From assembly GCA_963666345.1 (NCBI GenBank), contig OY762721.1:4098109-4162108 (forward strand): a DNA stretch of 64,000 nt. Direction: 5' to 3'. The stretch is from Desulfatiglandales bacterium. Its GTDB lineage: Bacteria > Desulfobacterota > DSM-4660 > Desulfatiglandales > Desulfatiglandaceae. Below the pieces are notes generated by a model. It was not told where the DNA came from and ran no database searches. It saw only the letters and a list, made by a program, of their open reading frames with translations. Below, in pieces: positions 31,004 to 41,651 of this stretch (position 1 is its first letter; each line of letters starts with the position of its first letter). Made by a program: the position numbers and the translations under genes.

Positions 31004-31372
31004 ATGTTGTCTGGCAGAAGGGCCGACAGGGTCGGTGATTTAATACTAAGAGAAGTCGCAATTTTATTGATTGATAAAATAAAAGATCCTCGTGTAAAAA
31101 ATATTACGATTACAGGTATAGATCTCAGTAACGATCTAAGAATTGCGAAAGTTTACTTCAGCGTAATAGGAGACTCGACGTTTATCGGAAATGCCAAAAA
31201 GGGCCTTGAAAGCGCAAAGGGCTATATACGGAAGGAGATAGGCAGACGACTTTCCCTGAAATATGTCCCTGAAGTTCGTTTTATTCATGATACTTCAATG
31301 GAGAACGCCGGGCATATGGACAAGCTTTTCGAAAACTTAAAGCAGGGCTCAACGGATGGTCGTTCCGAATAG
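31004..31372 (+). CDS. rbfA: Ribosome-binding factor A
   Basis: RADRV, IKDPRV, DLRIAKVY, LKYVPE.RF..D.S. Confidence 0.95.
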   Translation: MLSGRRADRVGDLILREVAILLIDKIKDPRVKNITITGIDLSNDLRIAKVYFSVIGDSTFIGNAKKGLESAKGYIRKEIGRRLSLKYVPEVRFIHDTSMENAGHMDKLFENLKQGSTDGRSE

Positions 31373-31452
31373 TCGTCTGAAATATATTCCCTGTTAGCTG
31401 ATCCGGTTTATGAAGATATCATTCCTTAGCCTCATATTGACGGGAGGGTTGT

Positions 31453-32385
31453 ATTTTAAAAGACGGAATAATATTGATCGATAAGGAAGAAAAAGAGACT
31501 TCCTTCGATGTCGTTAAAAAAGTTAAGTCTTTATTCAAGAAAAGAAAAGGATTAAAGGTCGGGCACGCCGGTACACTAGACCCTTTTGCGACGGGTCTGC
31601 TGGTCATACTTATGGGAAATGCTACCAAAATATCGTCTTTTGTTATGTCTCAGGATAAAGTTTACAAGGGTACAATGATGCTGGGAACCGAGACAGATAC
31701 CTTGGACCCGACGGGTCTGGTCGTAAGAACTGCAAAAGTGCCTGATTTAAACCTTGAATTAATTAAATGCAAGGCAGCCGAATTTGAAGGGGATATCGAA
31801 CAGACCCCCCCCATTTATTCCGCCTTGAAGTACAATGGACAAAGGGCCTATAAACTGGCTCGAAAAGGTTCGGAAGTAAAATTACAAAAAAGAAGAGTTA
31901 GAATAAATTTTATTAAAATTTGTAATTTTGAAATGCCTTTTGTTTCATTCGAGGTGGGCTGCTCAAGTGGCACTTATATTAGAAGTTTAGCGGCTGACCT
32001 CGGCTCAAAGCTCGGCACTGTTTCCCACCTTACGGCTCTGAGGAGGTTGAAAAGTGGATTGTTCAATGTCAGAGATGCTTTATTGAGCAAAGAAATAGTG
32101 CAGAGTTCCGGGCCAGACATACTTAAGGGGCGAATAGTTTCCCTCAGGCAAAGTTTACCTCAAATGAAGGAATTGGAAATCGAAGAGGAACTCGCTGCCA
32201 GGATTAAGACCGGCCACCAACCGAAATGGGAAGAAATAGATGGGTCCTGCCAGCACAGTAGATGGAGCGGAGGGTATGTAAAACTTGTTACAAACAAGAA
32301 TCTCGTTGCAATTGTCAAATGTATATCTGAAGAAAGCGAGGATAAAGGACATGACAGTTTGAAATTGGAAAGAGTTTTTGTATGA
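31453..32385 (+). CDS. truB: tRNA pseudouridine(55) synthase
   Basis: KVGHAGTLDPFATG, QTPPIYSALK, CSSGTYIRSLA. Start uncertain: ATT 31453 or TTG 31474. Confidence 0.93.
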   Translation: MLKDGIILIDKEEKETSFDVVKKVKSLFKKRKGLKVGHAGTLDPFATGLLVILMGNATKISSFVMSQDKVYKGTMMLGTETDTLDPTGLVVRTAKVPDLNLELIKCKAAEFEGDIEQTPPIYSALKYNGQRAYKLARKGSEVKLQKRRVRINFIKICNFEMPFVSFEVGCSSGTYIRSLAADLGSKLGTVSHLTALRRLKSGLFNVRDALLSKEIVQSSGPDILKGRIVSLRQSLPQMKELEIEEELAARIKTGHQPKWEEIDGSCQHSRWSGGYVKLVTNKNLVAIVKCISEESEDKGHDSLKLERVFV

Positions 32386-32486
32386 ATTATTTAGAGCAGA
32401 AAGCAGCGTCGTCTTAGGCGATCTGATGACATATATTATTTACTAAAAAAACGAATATCAAAAAAGTATCATAGGAGGTAATAAAA

Positions 32487-32756
32487 GTGGTTTTAACGCC
32501 GGAAATAAAGAAAGATATAATTGATCGGTTCAAACTGCACGGAAAAGACACGGGTTCTTCGGAGGTACAGATTGCACTCCTTACAAACAGAATAGAGTAT
32601 TTGACTGATCATTTTAAGGTTCACAAGAAGGACCATCATTCCAGACGGGGACTTTTAAAACTGGTTGGCCAGAGGAGAAGACTTCTCAATTACCTTAAGA
32701 AAAAGAATATGGATAAATATAGAACAGTAATTAAACAACTAGGAATAAGAAAGTAA
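32487..32756 (+). CDS. rpsO: 30S ribosomal protein S15
   Basis: [35 protein letters not shown]. Confidence 0.99.
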   Translation: MVLTPEIKKDIIDRFKLHGKDTGSSEVQIALLTNRIEYLTDHFKVHKKDHHSRRGLLKLVGQRRRLLNYLKKKNMDKYRTVIKQLGIRK

Positions 32757-32818
32757 TTCCTTGGGAAATATCGAATAAATTCGATAAAAGGGAATGAACA
32801 TTCTGAAAGGATGACAAA

Positions 32819-34915
32819 ATGATAGAGAGCTGTACGCTGGAATTAAACGGCCAGAAGCTGAATATTGAAACAGGCCGTGTGGCGAAGCAGGCCAGCGGTT
32901 CTGCCGTGGTAACTTTTGGAGAAACAGTTGTGCTTGTTACAGCCGTGTCAACCGAAGAGGTGCGGGAAGGGATCGATTTTTTGCCACTTACCGTCGAGTA
33001 TCAGGAGATGTCCTATGCAGGAGGGCGAATACCTGGCAATTTCTTCCGTAGGGATATGGGAAGACCCAGCGAGCAGGAAACTCTGACTTCCCGTTTGATA
33101 GACAGGCCATTAAGACCTTTGTTCCCGGATAATTATCACTTTGAAACGCAGGTGATCGCAAGTGTTCTGTCAACGGACAAGGAGAATATGGCCGATGTCT
33201 TGGCCCTTTTAGGTGCATCAGCGGCGCTTGAAATTTCCGATATACCTTTTCTTGGCCCTGTGGCGGGGGTGAGGGTCGGGAGAATCGAGGGGGATTTCGT
33301 CGCAAACCCTACCGTAAGCCAACTTGCTGAAAGTGATATCAATCTCATCGTGGCCGGAAATAGTTCCGGAATAGTCATGGTTGAAGCAGGTGCAATATTT
33401 GCTTCTGAATCGGACATGATCGATGCCATATTTTTCGGCTATGAGGCATTGTCTCCTATGCTTGAAATGCAGGAAGAGCTTAAGAGAAAGGTGGGCAAAC
33501 CTAAAAGAAGTATCCCTCCCGCACCAGCCGACGAAATTCCCATGGAAAGGATCAAACAGATTGGAGCCGATAAGTTTACAGAAGTGCTTCGAATTCCGGA
33601 AAAGATAGCAAGGCAAACAAAAAGAAAAGAAGCGGTCGGTTCCATCGTGGAAGCCCTTATAGGTGAGTATGAAGAAAAGGAAACCGAAATCAAAGATGCC
33701 GTCCATAATTTTGAAAGGGAGATGATACGGAAGATGATCCTGGAGGATGGCAAAAGAATGGATGGCCGGGCATTTGATGAAGTAAGGCCTATCGATTGCA
33801 TGGTGGGTGTTTTGCCCAGAGTGCATGGTTCGGCTCTTTTTACGCGTGGGGAAACCCAGGCTATGGTTTTGACTACCCTTGGTACGGATCGAGATGAACA
33901 GAGGATAGAGTCGATTTACGGGGAAAAATCACGCTCATTCATACTTCATTATAATTTTCCTCCATACAGCGTGGGTGAAGCCAAGAGGATCGGTTCTCCC
34001 GGGCGCAGGGAGATAGGTCATGGGGCTTTGGCACGCAGGGCGCTTCTTCCAGTTATCCCTGAAAACGATGAATTCAAATACTGCATCAGAGTGGTTTCGG
34101 AAATCCTTGAGTCTAACGGTTCTTCCTCCATGGCAAGCGTGTGCGGCGGCTGTTTATCCCTGATGGATGCGGGTGTGCCTTTGAAAGCGGCTGTAGCCGG
34201 TGTCGCCATGGGGCTGGTTTCTGATGGAGACAATATCGCCATTCTGACTGATATCATAGGGGATGAAGACCACTATGGTGACATGGATTTCAAGGTTACC
34301 GGAACAACCGATGGAATTACCGCCCTGCAGATGGACATAAAGATAGACGGAATCACAAGAGATATCCTTGAAAAAGCCTTGAAACAGGCAAAACAGGGAA
34401 GGCTTTTCATTTTGAAAGAGATGAATAAAGCGATAGAACAACCAAGAAGTCAGGTTTCAGAATATGCGCCCATAATAACAACCATGAAAATAAAATCGGA
34501 AAAGGTGAGAATCCTCATCGGCCCAGGCGGCAAGACTATCAGGGAAATTACCAATTCCTCAGGTTCGAGGATAGAAGTCGATGATGTGGGAACTGTCACC
34601 ATCGCATCCTCCGACAAGGAAAGCGCCGACAATGCCATTGAGATGATAAGGGAAATAATCCGTGAGGCGGAGGTTGGTAAGATATACAACGGCAGGGTTG
34701 TAAAGATCATGGACTTTGGGGCCTTTGTTGAAATCTTTCCCGGAACCGAAGGGCTTGTTCATATATCTCAACTTGAAAATACCAGGGTAAATAAGGTTAC
34801 CGATGTGGTAAAGGAAGGCGATGAGATATCAGTAAAAGTCCTTGAAATTGACGATAGGGGGAAAATTAGACTGTCTCGTAAGGCCGCAATGGATGAAAGC
34901 CTGAGTGATGTTTAG
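32819..34915 (+). CDS. pnp: Polyribonucleotide nucleotidyltransferase
   Basis: FLPLTVEY, RLIDRPLRPLF, RREIGHG, SNGSSSMAS, GDMDFKV, KH and S1. Confidence 0.98.
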   Translation: MIESCTLELNGQKLNIETGRVAKQASGSAVVTFGETVVLVTAVSTEEVREGIDFLPLTVEYQEMSYAGGRIPGNFFRRDMGRPSEQETLTSRLIDRPLRPLFPDNYHFETQVIASVLSTDKENMADVLALLGASAALEISDIPFLGPVAGVRVGRIEGDFVANPTVSQLAESDINLIVAGNSSGIVMVEAGAIFASESDMIDAIFFGYEALSPMLEMQEELKRKVGKPKRSIPPAPADEIPMERIKQIGADKFTEVLRIPEKIARQTKRKEAVGSIVEALIGEYEEKETEIKDAVHNFEREMIRKMILEDGKRMDGRAFDEVRPIDCMVGVLPRVHGSALFTRGETQAMVLTTLGTDRDEQRIESIYGEKSRSFILHYNFPPYSVGEAKRIGSPGRREIGHGALARRALLPVIPENDEFKYCIRVVSEILESNGSSSMASVCGGCLSLMDAGVPLKAAVAGVAMGLVSDGDNIAILTDIIGDEDHYGDMDFKVTGTTDGITALQMDIKIDGITRDILEKALKQAKQGRLFILKEMNKAIEQPRSQVSEYAPIITTMKIKSEKVRILIGPGGKTIREITNSSGSRIEVDDVGTVTIASSDKESADNAIEMIREIIREAEVGKIYNGRVVKIMDFGAFVEIFPGTEGLVHISQLENTRVNKVTDVVKEGDEISVKVLEIDDRGKIRLSRKAAMDESLSDV

Positions 34916-36170
34916 TAAAACTGTCCTTGATAATGGTGTGCGGATCTTATCGGAGAGGATCGAGCACCTGAAGTCCGTTTCCATAGGTATCTGGGTGAAT
35001 ACCGGATCACGAGATGAATTGACTCAGGAAAACGGAATCTCTCATTTTATTGAACATATGATTTTCAAAGGAACCCGGAACCGCAGCAGCTTTCAGATTG
35101 CAAAGGAGTTGGATGCGATAGGAGGGTTATCCAATGCCTTCACAGGAAAAGAGAATACCTGTTTTCACACGAGGGTGCTTGGCAGACATTTTGGCATAGC
35201 TGCCGACATACTTTCCGATATCTTTCTAAACTCAAAGTTTGATCCAAAAGACGTTGAAAGGGAGAGGCAGGTAGTCCTCCAAGAAATAAGCATGGTTGAG
35301 GATTGCCCGGATGAAAATATCCAGGAGATCTTCAGCCGCGTCTTTTGGACCGGCCATCCTATCGGAATGTCTATCCTGGGCACAGGGGAGAGCGTTTCAG
35401 CTTTCAGTAAACAGACAATCTTGGACTATATCAACAGATATTACCTGCCTGAGAGAATAATTATCGCTGCCGCCGGTGATGTAAATCATGATGAAATGGT
35501 ATCCCATTTCGAATCAACGTTCGGTTTTATGGAAAAGGGCAGGTGGAATCCAGAGAGAGTAGCCCCTGCAAGCAATTCTGATATCGAGGTGTCTTATAAG
35601 CCTCTCGAACAGGTGCATATCTGCCTTGGAGGGGAGGCCCCTTCCCAAAGGAGTGAAAAAAGATATTCCTGCGCTGTTCTCAATACCATCTTCGGTGGAA
35701 ATATGAGTTCGCGACTTTTTCAGGAGATAAGAGAGCGACAAGGTCTTGCATATAATGTCTGTTCGTTCATGTCTTCATATATAGATGCGGGGCTTCTCGG
35801 GGTATATGCGGCGACGGACAAAGAGAATGTCAACAGACTCCTTGAAAGCATCCGCAGGGAAATAGAAAAAATATGTGGAAGTGACCTATCAGATTCAGAC
35901 CTTGATGCAGCCAAGGAACACATCGCGGGAAGCATATATCTGTCTGCTGAGAGTGCGGACAATCGTATGATGAGAATGACAAAAAACGAGTTCATCTTTG
36001 GGCGTTACGTACCTTATGAGGAGGTAGTGTGTAAACTGAAGGAGGTGTCGAAGAACGATGTGATTGAGGTTGCAAGGGAAATATTCAGACAGGACGGGCT
36101 AGCCCTAGCAACCCTGGGTCCTATGAAGGAAGAGGGCCTTGATAAAAACAGCTTTTTCACAAATCAATGA
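34905..36170 (+). CDS. M16 family zinc peptidase
   Basis: HFIEH (HxxEH), NAFT.KE, GGNMSSRLFQEIRE. Confidence 0.93.
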   Translation: MMFSKTVLDNGVRILSERIEHLKSVSIGIWVNTGSRDELTQENGISHFIEHMIFKGTRNRSSFQIAKELDAIGGLSNAFTGKENTCFHTRVLGRHFGIAADILSDIFLNSKFDPKDVERERQVVLQEISMVEDCPDENIQEIFSRVFWTGHPIGMSILGTGESVSAFSKQTILDYINRYYLPERIIIAAAGDVNHDEMVSHFESTFGFMEKGRWNPERVAPASNSDIEVSYKPLEQVHICLGGEAPSQRSEKRYSCAVLNTIFGGNMSSRLFQEIRERQGLAYNVCSFMSSYIDAGLLGVYAATDKENVNRLLESIRREIEKICGSDLSDSDLDAAKEHIAGSIYLSAESADNRMMRMTKNEFIFGRYVPYEEVVCKLKEVSKNDVIEVAREIFRQDGLALATLGPMKEEGLDKNSFFTNQ

Positions 36171-36251
36171 TGATATTGGTGGTACCTTCCATTTAAATCC
36201 TGGGCTTGATGTCTTGATTCACCCTTTTTAATAGTTCCGGATCTGAATAAA

Positions 36252-36704
36252 TTGAAAAAAATAATCGTAAAAATCAAACGCCTCTATGAAGACAGCGAAC
36301 TACTGCTTCCTTCATACCAGTCGGAAGGTTCTTCAGGGCTGGATATAAGGGCATATGTCAAGGCACCTCAGAGGATTGAACCAGGAGGGATTAAGCTGAT
36401 TCCTACCGGGCTTGCCATATCAATACCTCAGGGATACGAGGCCCAGATAAGACCAAGAAGCGGTCTCGCCTTAAAACATGGGATCGGTTTGGCAAATTCC
36501 CCTGGAACGATAGACTCCGATTATCGGGGTGAAATAGGTCTTATAATGGTAAACTGGGGCAGTGAGCCTTTTTTTGTGAAAAAAGGAGACCGCATCGCGC
36601 AGATGGTTATTTCCAGGGTATGTCAGGGTGAATTCATCGAGGTAAGGGATCTTGATACGACTGTCAGAGGAAACGGTGGTTTTGGACATACCGGAATCGA
36701 ATGA
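36252..36704 (+). CDS. dut: dUTPase
   Basis: [32 protein letters not shown]. Confidence 0.97.
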   Translation: MKKIIVKIKRLYEDSELLLPSYQSEGSSGLDIRAYVKAPQRIEPGGIKLIPTGLAISIPQGYEAQIRPRSGLALKHGIGLANSPGTIDSDYRGEIGLIMVNWGSEPFFVKKGDRIAQMVISRVCQGEFIEVRDLDTTVRGNGGFGHTGIE

Positions 36705-37486
36705 GAGGTCGCATGCGTTTTTCAGTCCTTGCCTCAGGAAGCCAGGGAAATGCCTGTTATGTTGAAACCTCAGCGACAAGAATCCTTGTCGACGCAGGTC
36801 TAAGCTGCAAGGAAATAATCAGAAGGCTTGAAAATATCGGTGTGGAGCCTGATCGACTTGACGGCCTTTTTATCACCCATGAACATTCGGATCATATAAA
36901 GGGTGCGGGGGTTTTGTCCAGGCGATTTGATTTGCCTTTATACCTGAATAAAAAAACCCTGGATCAATCAAAAAAGTCGCTGGGTGATATCCCTGAACCT
37001 GTTATCTTGGAAACCGGGCACGGCATTGTAATCAAAGATCTACACATAGACACATTTACCAAATGCCATGATGCGGTTGATCCCGTTGGTCTGGTGTTGA
37101 GCAACAATGGCCTGAAATTAGGGATAGCCACAGACCTCGGAAGATCCACCCGATTGATCGAAGATAAACTCAAAAATTGTCATGCCCTAATAATCGAATT
37201 CAATTATGACCAAGCCATGCTTGATCAAGGGCCTTATCCTCTTTTTTTGAAAAAAAGGATCAAGGGTCCTGATGGGCACCTTTCAAACAGCCAGGCGGCA
37301 GAGCTAGTCAAAAAACTTTCCCACGGCAACCTGAAATATATTATGCTGGCCCACCTCAGCGAGGCAAACAATCTTCCTGAAAAGGCATCTCTAAAGGCTG
37401 AGGCGGCCCTAAGTGAATCAGATTTTTGCACGGCAGATATGATTGTGTGTGAACAGCATGATGCCGGGCCGATGATTGAGATCTGA
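36701..37486 (+). CDS. MBL-fold hydrolase, YycJ/WalJ-like
   Basis: [34 protein letters not shown]. Confidence 0.88.
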   Translation: MRGRMRFSVLASGSQGNACYVETSATRILVDAGLSCKEIIRRLENIGVEPDRLDGLFITHEHSDHIKGAGVLSRRFDLPLYLNKKTLDQSKKSLGDIPEPVILETGHGIVIKDLHIDTFTKCHDAVDPVGLVLSNNGLKLGIATDLGRSTRLIEDKLKNCHALIIEFNYDQAMLDQGPYPLFLKKRIKGPDGHLSNSQAAELVKKLSHGNLKYIMLAHLSEANNLPEKASLKAEAALSESDFCTADMIVCEQHDAGPMIEI

Positions 37487-37699
37487 ACCTTTTTATTCTG
37501 GAGAGAGAAAAAATCTGGACGATCTCTTTGTCGATCCGTCACCCAACCTGGTTTTTTTAAGAATGAGTAAGTATTCTTTAAAAAAAAAGTAAATCCTGCT
37601 ATGCTTGACAGTAATCTTATTTTCAAGCCGTTTTTTTCCATACCCGAAGTATTATTGAGCCGGGTTCCGTAGGTGGACAAGTTTTAGCAGGTGGATGTC

Positions 37700-38506
37700 A
37701 TGCGACAGAGAAAAACAATTTTTCATATTGTTTTCTGTATTTGTTTTATATGCAGCTGCGCCCAGGTGCCTCTTACCAACAGGCGGAGCCTCAATTTGCT
37801 GCCTGAATCACAGATGCTCGCCCTGAGCCTCGAACAATACGGCAAGGTTATCAATGAGGCCAATCGTTCAAGGAACAGAGAAGATACGGAGCTTGTAAAA
37901 AGGGTGGGGAAAAGGATTGCCGGGGCTGCCGAAAGGTTCATGAATGATTCCGGTTTGCAGGAGAATTTGAAAAATTATAAGTGGGAATTCACTCTGATTG
38001 AAGATGATAAAACCGCTAATGCATGGTGCATGCCGGGAGGAAAGGTGGCGGTATATAGCGGTATATTCAAATATACCAAAGATGAAAATGGCCTTGCAGT
38101 GGTTATAGGGCATGAGGTGGCCCATGCAATTGCAAGACATGGAAACGAACGGATGAGTCAGGGCCTTATTGCATCAATGGGGGGCATAGCCCTTTCCGTG
38201 GCCCTATCAGAAAAACCCTCTCGAACCAGGAACCTATTTATGACCGCATATGGCGTTGGTTCGAGTCTGGCTGTGTTGCTTCCATACAGTCGTCTACATG
38301 AATATGAGGCCGATCGGATCGGATTGACTCTGATGGCCATGGCGGGCTATGATCCAAGGAAGGCTGTTTCGTTCTGGAATAGGATGGAAGGCCAGAAAGA
38401 AAAGGATCGTCCTCCGGAATATTTGTCGACTCACCCCGCTCCGGAGTCTAGGATAGCCCATATAAATTACTATATCCGAGAGGCACTGCCTTATTATAGA
38501 AGATAA
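37700..38506 (+). CDS. M48 family metallopeptidase (probable lipoprotein)
   Basis: Lipobox-like ICSC, NAWCMPGGK, HEVAH, E.EAD, YLSTHP. Confidence 0.9.
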   Translation: MRQRKTIFHIVFCICFICSCAQVPLTNRRSLNLLPESQMLALSLEQYGKVINEANRSRNREDTELVKRVGKRIAGAAERFMNDSGLQENLKNYKWEFTLIEDDKTANAWCMPGGKVAVYSGIFKYTKDENGLAVVIGHEVAHAIARHGNERMSQGLIASMGGIALSVALSEKPSRTRNLFMTAYGVGSSLAVLLPYSRLHEYEADRIGLTLMAMAGYDPRKAVSFWNRMEGQKEKDRPPEYLSTHPAPESRIAHINYYIREALPYYRR

Positions 38507-38536
38507 TATGCTGAAATTTTCCAGGGAGTTGCGCAA

Positions 38537-39076
38537 ATGAAAGAAAGTGTTGCTGATTCTTTTTTTTATTCTTTGGTCCGGTTGGTAGACTCCATATACC
38601 AGGATGAGGATCTGGAGGATATATTGTATTTCATTCTTTCTCTGGCAGTTGAATTGACCGGTGGTAAAGGAAGTGCGATAAGGGTGCTGGAGCATGGCTC
38701 TTTTGATCTAAAGGCCGTATCAAGCTACGGGCTCAGCAAGGAATTTGTCGAATCCGGACCGATCGATTTCAGCAAGAGTGTTACCGAGATTATGGAGGGT
38801 GATATCATAATCTGCAATGATTTTGAAAATGACACAAGAGTCCAGAATCTGGACGCGGCGCGGAAAGAGGGCGTTAGCTCGGTCATAGGCCTTCCCTTTA
38901 CAGTAAACGAATATACCTACAGTATAATGAGGGTGTATTATCCTCAAAAGAAAGTGCCCACTCACGAGGAGATCGAGCTGCTGAACAGCCTTGGAAAGAT
39001 CAGTTGTCTTGTCATAGAGCGCGCTGTTTTGAGGGGTATGAACAACGAGGCATCTAACAAGCGGGATATTTCATAG
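38537..39076 (+). CDS. Stand-alone GAF domain protein
   Basis: SYGLSKEF...GP, D..ND.RVQ...A.KEG..S.I..P pattern. Confidence 0.75.
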   Translation: MKESVADSFFYSLVRLVDSIYQDEDLEDILYFILSLAVELTGGKGSAIRVLEHGSFDLKAVSSYGLSKEFVESGPIDFSKSVTEIMEGDIIICNDFENDTRVQNLDAARKEGVSSVIGLPFTVNEYTYSIMRVYYPQKKVPTHEEIELLNSLGKISCLVIERAVLRGMNNEASNKRDIS

Positions 39077-39115
39077 ATTTGAGCCCCGATTCGCTTTGAT
39101 TGCCTTCGGATTCAT

Positions 39116-39613
39116 ATGAAAATGGATATAACCAAGATCGAACATCTGAAACTGGATAACCCGCAACTGAATGTCGTTCTTTATCAGCCTGAAATACCAG
39201 CCAATACGGGTAATATCGGACGCCTATGCGGCGCCGCCCGCCTTACTCTTCACCTTATTCACCCTCTTGGTTTCAGGGTGGATGACAGCAATCTAAAAAG
39301 GGCCGGCCTTGACTACTGGCATGAGATTGATGTAAGGCACCACTCTGATTTTCAGGATATCATGGATATGCTGGGCCAAGGTGCTAGTTTGCATGCCTTC
39401 AGCAGCCATTCAGCAATTCCCTACACGAAGGCTACTGTTTCAAAAGGAGATTATTTGCTTTTCGGCAGGGAAAGCATGGGACTGCCAGAGGCTATCAAGA
39501 AAACCTACCCATGCTATTCTGTCCCGATCTGGGGAAATGTAAGAAGCCTTAATCTTGCATCTACAGTAGGTATAGTATCCTACCATTTCCTACACAAAAT
39601 GGGAAGATTTTGA
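39116..39613 (+). CDS. trmL: tRNA (cytidine/uridine-34 2'-O)-methyltransferase
   Basis: PEIPANTGNIGR.C, KRAGLDYW, FGRES.GLP, RSLNLA. Confidence 0.95.
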   Translation: MKMDITKIEHLKLDNPQLNVVLYQPEIPANTGNIGRLCGAARLTLHLIHPLGFRVDDSNLKRAGLDYWHEIDVRHHSDFQDIMDMLGQGASLHAFSSHSAIPYTKATVSKGDYLLFGRESMGLPEAIKKTYPCYSVPIWGNVRSLNLASTVGIVSYHFLHKMGRF

Positions 39614-39716
39614 ACCTTCTCTTGAAAGGTTTGGTGCATAATTATAATGAGGGCCTGCGATTTTTCTCGATTCAGAATATATCGAGATTTAGAATAAACG
39701 ATGAAGGGAGACACGT

Positions 39717-40331
39717 ATGAAAAAGAAGGGCCTCTTTTTCTCCAAGGATTTTGAAAGGTGCATAGATTTTCACGGCCATATATGCCCTGGCATTGCGATA
39801 GGTTTCAGAGCGGCCAAGGCAGGATTGGAGTGGCTGGAAGAGAACAGGGCCTTAGATGAAGAAATCGTTTCAATAGTAGAAACAGATGCTTGCGGTGTAG
39901 ATGCCGTACAGGTGCTTACGGGCTGTACATTCGGCAAGGGGAATCTAATATTCAAGGATTACGGCAAACAGGTCTTTACATTTTTGAGCAGAGAAACCGA
40001 TCTTGGCGTCCGAGTCGCCTTAAAACCTGATTGTATCCCTTCTTCCGAGCGACATGGGCAACTTATGAAGAAGATTTCAGCGGGTGAGGCCTCAAAGAAA
40101 GAGCATGAGGAATTTGAGGAACTTCACCGTGAAAGGACGGTGATGATACTTGAAAAACGGCTTGAGGATCTTTTTTCCATAAGTATTGCAGAAATGAAAA
40201 TGCCGGATAAAGCAAGAATCGATTCTTCCAAACCGTGCGCCATTTGCGGTGAACCTACCATGCAATCCAAGCTCATAAAAAATGGCAGTAAATTAGTATG
40301 CATGGATTGCCTGACGCAATTAAATCAATAA
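39717..40331 (+). CDS. FmdE (formylmethanofuran dehydrogenase subunit E-like) family protein
   Basis: FHGHICPG, ETDAC.VDA.Q..TGCT.GKGN, C-terminal CxxCGE...CxxC. Confidence 0.88.
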   Translation: MKKKGLFFSKDFERCIDFHGHICPGIAIGFRAAKAGLEWLEENRALDEEIVSIVETDACGVDAVQVLTGCTFGKGNLIFKDYGKQVFTFLSRETDLGVRVALKPDCIPSSERHGQLMKKISAGEASKKEHEEFEELHRERTVMILEKRLEDLFSISIAEMKMPDKARIDSSKPCAICGEPTMQSKLIKNGSKLVCMDCLTQLNQ

Positions 40332-40426
40332 TCGATGTATTCGTAAAAGAATAGACGGTATAATAAAAACTTATTCCGCAAAGAGGTCCGGGCTTTTTGC
40401 GATGCCGTCAATAATTAAGGTTTCTA

Positions 40427-41134
40427 TCAGGAAAGTGTGAATACGATATCTATTTCAATACGCACGGAGCCCTTAAAGACCCGTTCAGGAGGGCGGGGAA
40501 AGGGGACCGCCTCTTTTACCGCCTCAAGAGCCGCCCTGTCGAGAAGCCTGTAATGAGACGTCTCGGATATCTTTAGATCTGTTATCCCTCCATCCGCGTG
40601 AATAACAAAGCTCAGCCTTGCCTTGCCTTCTAGCTGTCTCCTTTTTGCCCTGATAGGATATCGCTTTTGTCTCTCAATCCTGAACCTTACCAGGGCGAAG
40701 TACTGCTCACTTCCATTGTCTTCCAAATGATCTTTTACCAGGTTTCCCTTTGTAGATTTGTTTGACCATTCATGAATATTTATCTTTGACCGGTTTATGC
40801 CTTCAGGCGGATTGATATCCTGAATGGGTCTGAATAGAGGGGCATTTTGAGACGCTTGCGGCATTTCCGGTGTGAGTGTGGGAATGGGGATACTTTCAAT
40901 CTGTCTGCCCTCTAAGATGCTTGGGGAAATGGCGTTTGGAGCCCTTTTGCTTGGTCTTGGAATCGATCTTGTGTCGGGTATTAAAAGGTCTTTCAGGCTG
41001 AGCTCGATATAGCTCAACTCTTTGAAACGATATATCCCTGATATATGGGCGAATATTATTATATGAAGGCCTATCGAAACTGCTATCAAGCTGATGAGCA
41101 GCCAATTGGGGCCGTTTTTACTATAGGCTTTCAT
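40427..41134 (-). CDS. tonB: Energy transducer TonB
   Basis: N-terminal TM with S-x3-H, Pro-rich linker, TonB_C (KRYP..A....EG...LLDRAALEAV...PFP.PP). Confidence 0.85.
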   Translation of the reverse strand: MKAYSKNGPNWLLISLIAVSIGLHIIIFAHISGIYRFKELSYIELSLKDLLIPDTRSIPRPSKRAPNAISPSILEGRQIESIPIPTLTPEMPQASQNAPLFRPIQDINPPEGINRSKINIHEWSNKSTKGNLVKDHLEDNGSEQYFALVRFRIERQKRYPIRAKRRQLEGKARLSFVIHADGGITDLKISETSHYRLLDRAALEAVKEAVPFPRPPERVFKGSVRIEIDIVFTLS

Positions 41135-41194
41135 TGATATCTCATTTAAAACCCCTTCGGGGGATAGTTGTATGAGTTTTTCTGCCGGATATTT

Positions 41195-41611
41195 TTATGG
41201 ATGAAGATCCTTTTCCGTTGCAAGACACAACTTACCTGCTCCTGCGGATTTTGCCACGTCCATGACCTTGACGGCGCTATTAAGTATTACATCACGATCA
41301 GCCCTTACAACGACAAGCATTTTATCGCCTCCGGCCAGACGTTCCTTTAGCCGTCTAAAAAGTATATCAAGAGGTACCATATCGTTATCCAGGAAGGCCT
41401 GCCCTTGCTTGTTAACATATATAGTGATTTCCTGCTCAGTCTGTGGTTTGGAGGCATTTGCATGAGGCAGTTTGACCTTTATGCCTTCATCAACCATGAA
41501 ATTGGTCGTAAGTAGAAAGTAGACAAGAAGCAGAAAAATTATATCGATAAGGGAGGTAAGCGGCAGCTGTACCTTGTAAATCGATCTTGTCTTTTTGAGA
41601 TAGGGCCTCAT
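41195..41611 (-). CDS. exbD: Biopolymer transporter ExbD
   Basis: LTSLIDIIFLLLVYFLLT, VKLP.A, RAD...VKVMD..K.AG. Confidence 0.92.
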   Translation of the reverse strand: MRPYLKKTRSIYKVQLPLTSLIDIIFLLLVYFLLTTNFMVDEGIKVKLPHANASKPQTEQEITIYVNKQGQAFLDNDMVPLDILFRRLKERLAGGDKMLVVVRADRDVILNSAVKVMDVAKSAGAGKLCLATEKDLHP

Positions 41612-41651
41612 CCTATATTCCTTTCATGCCTTTTTCATGTCTGATGTTTAT

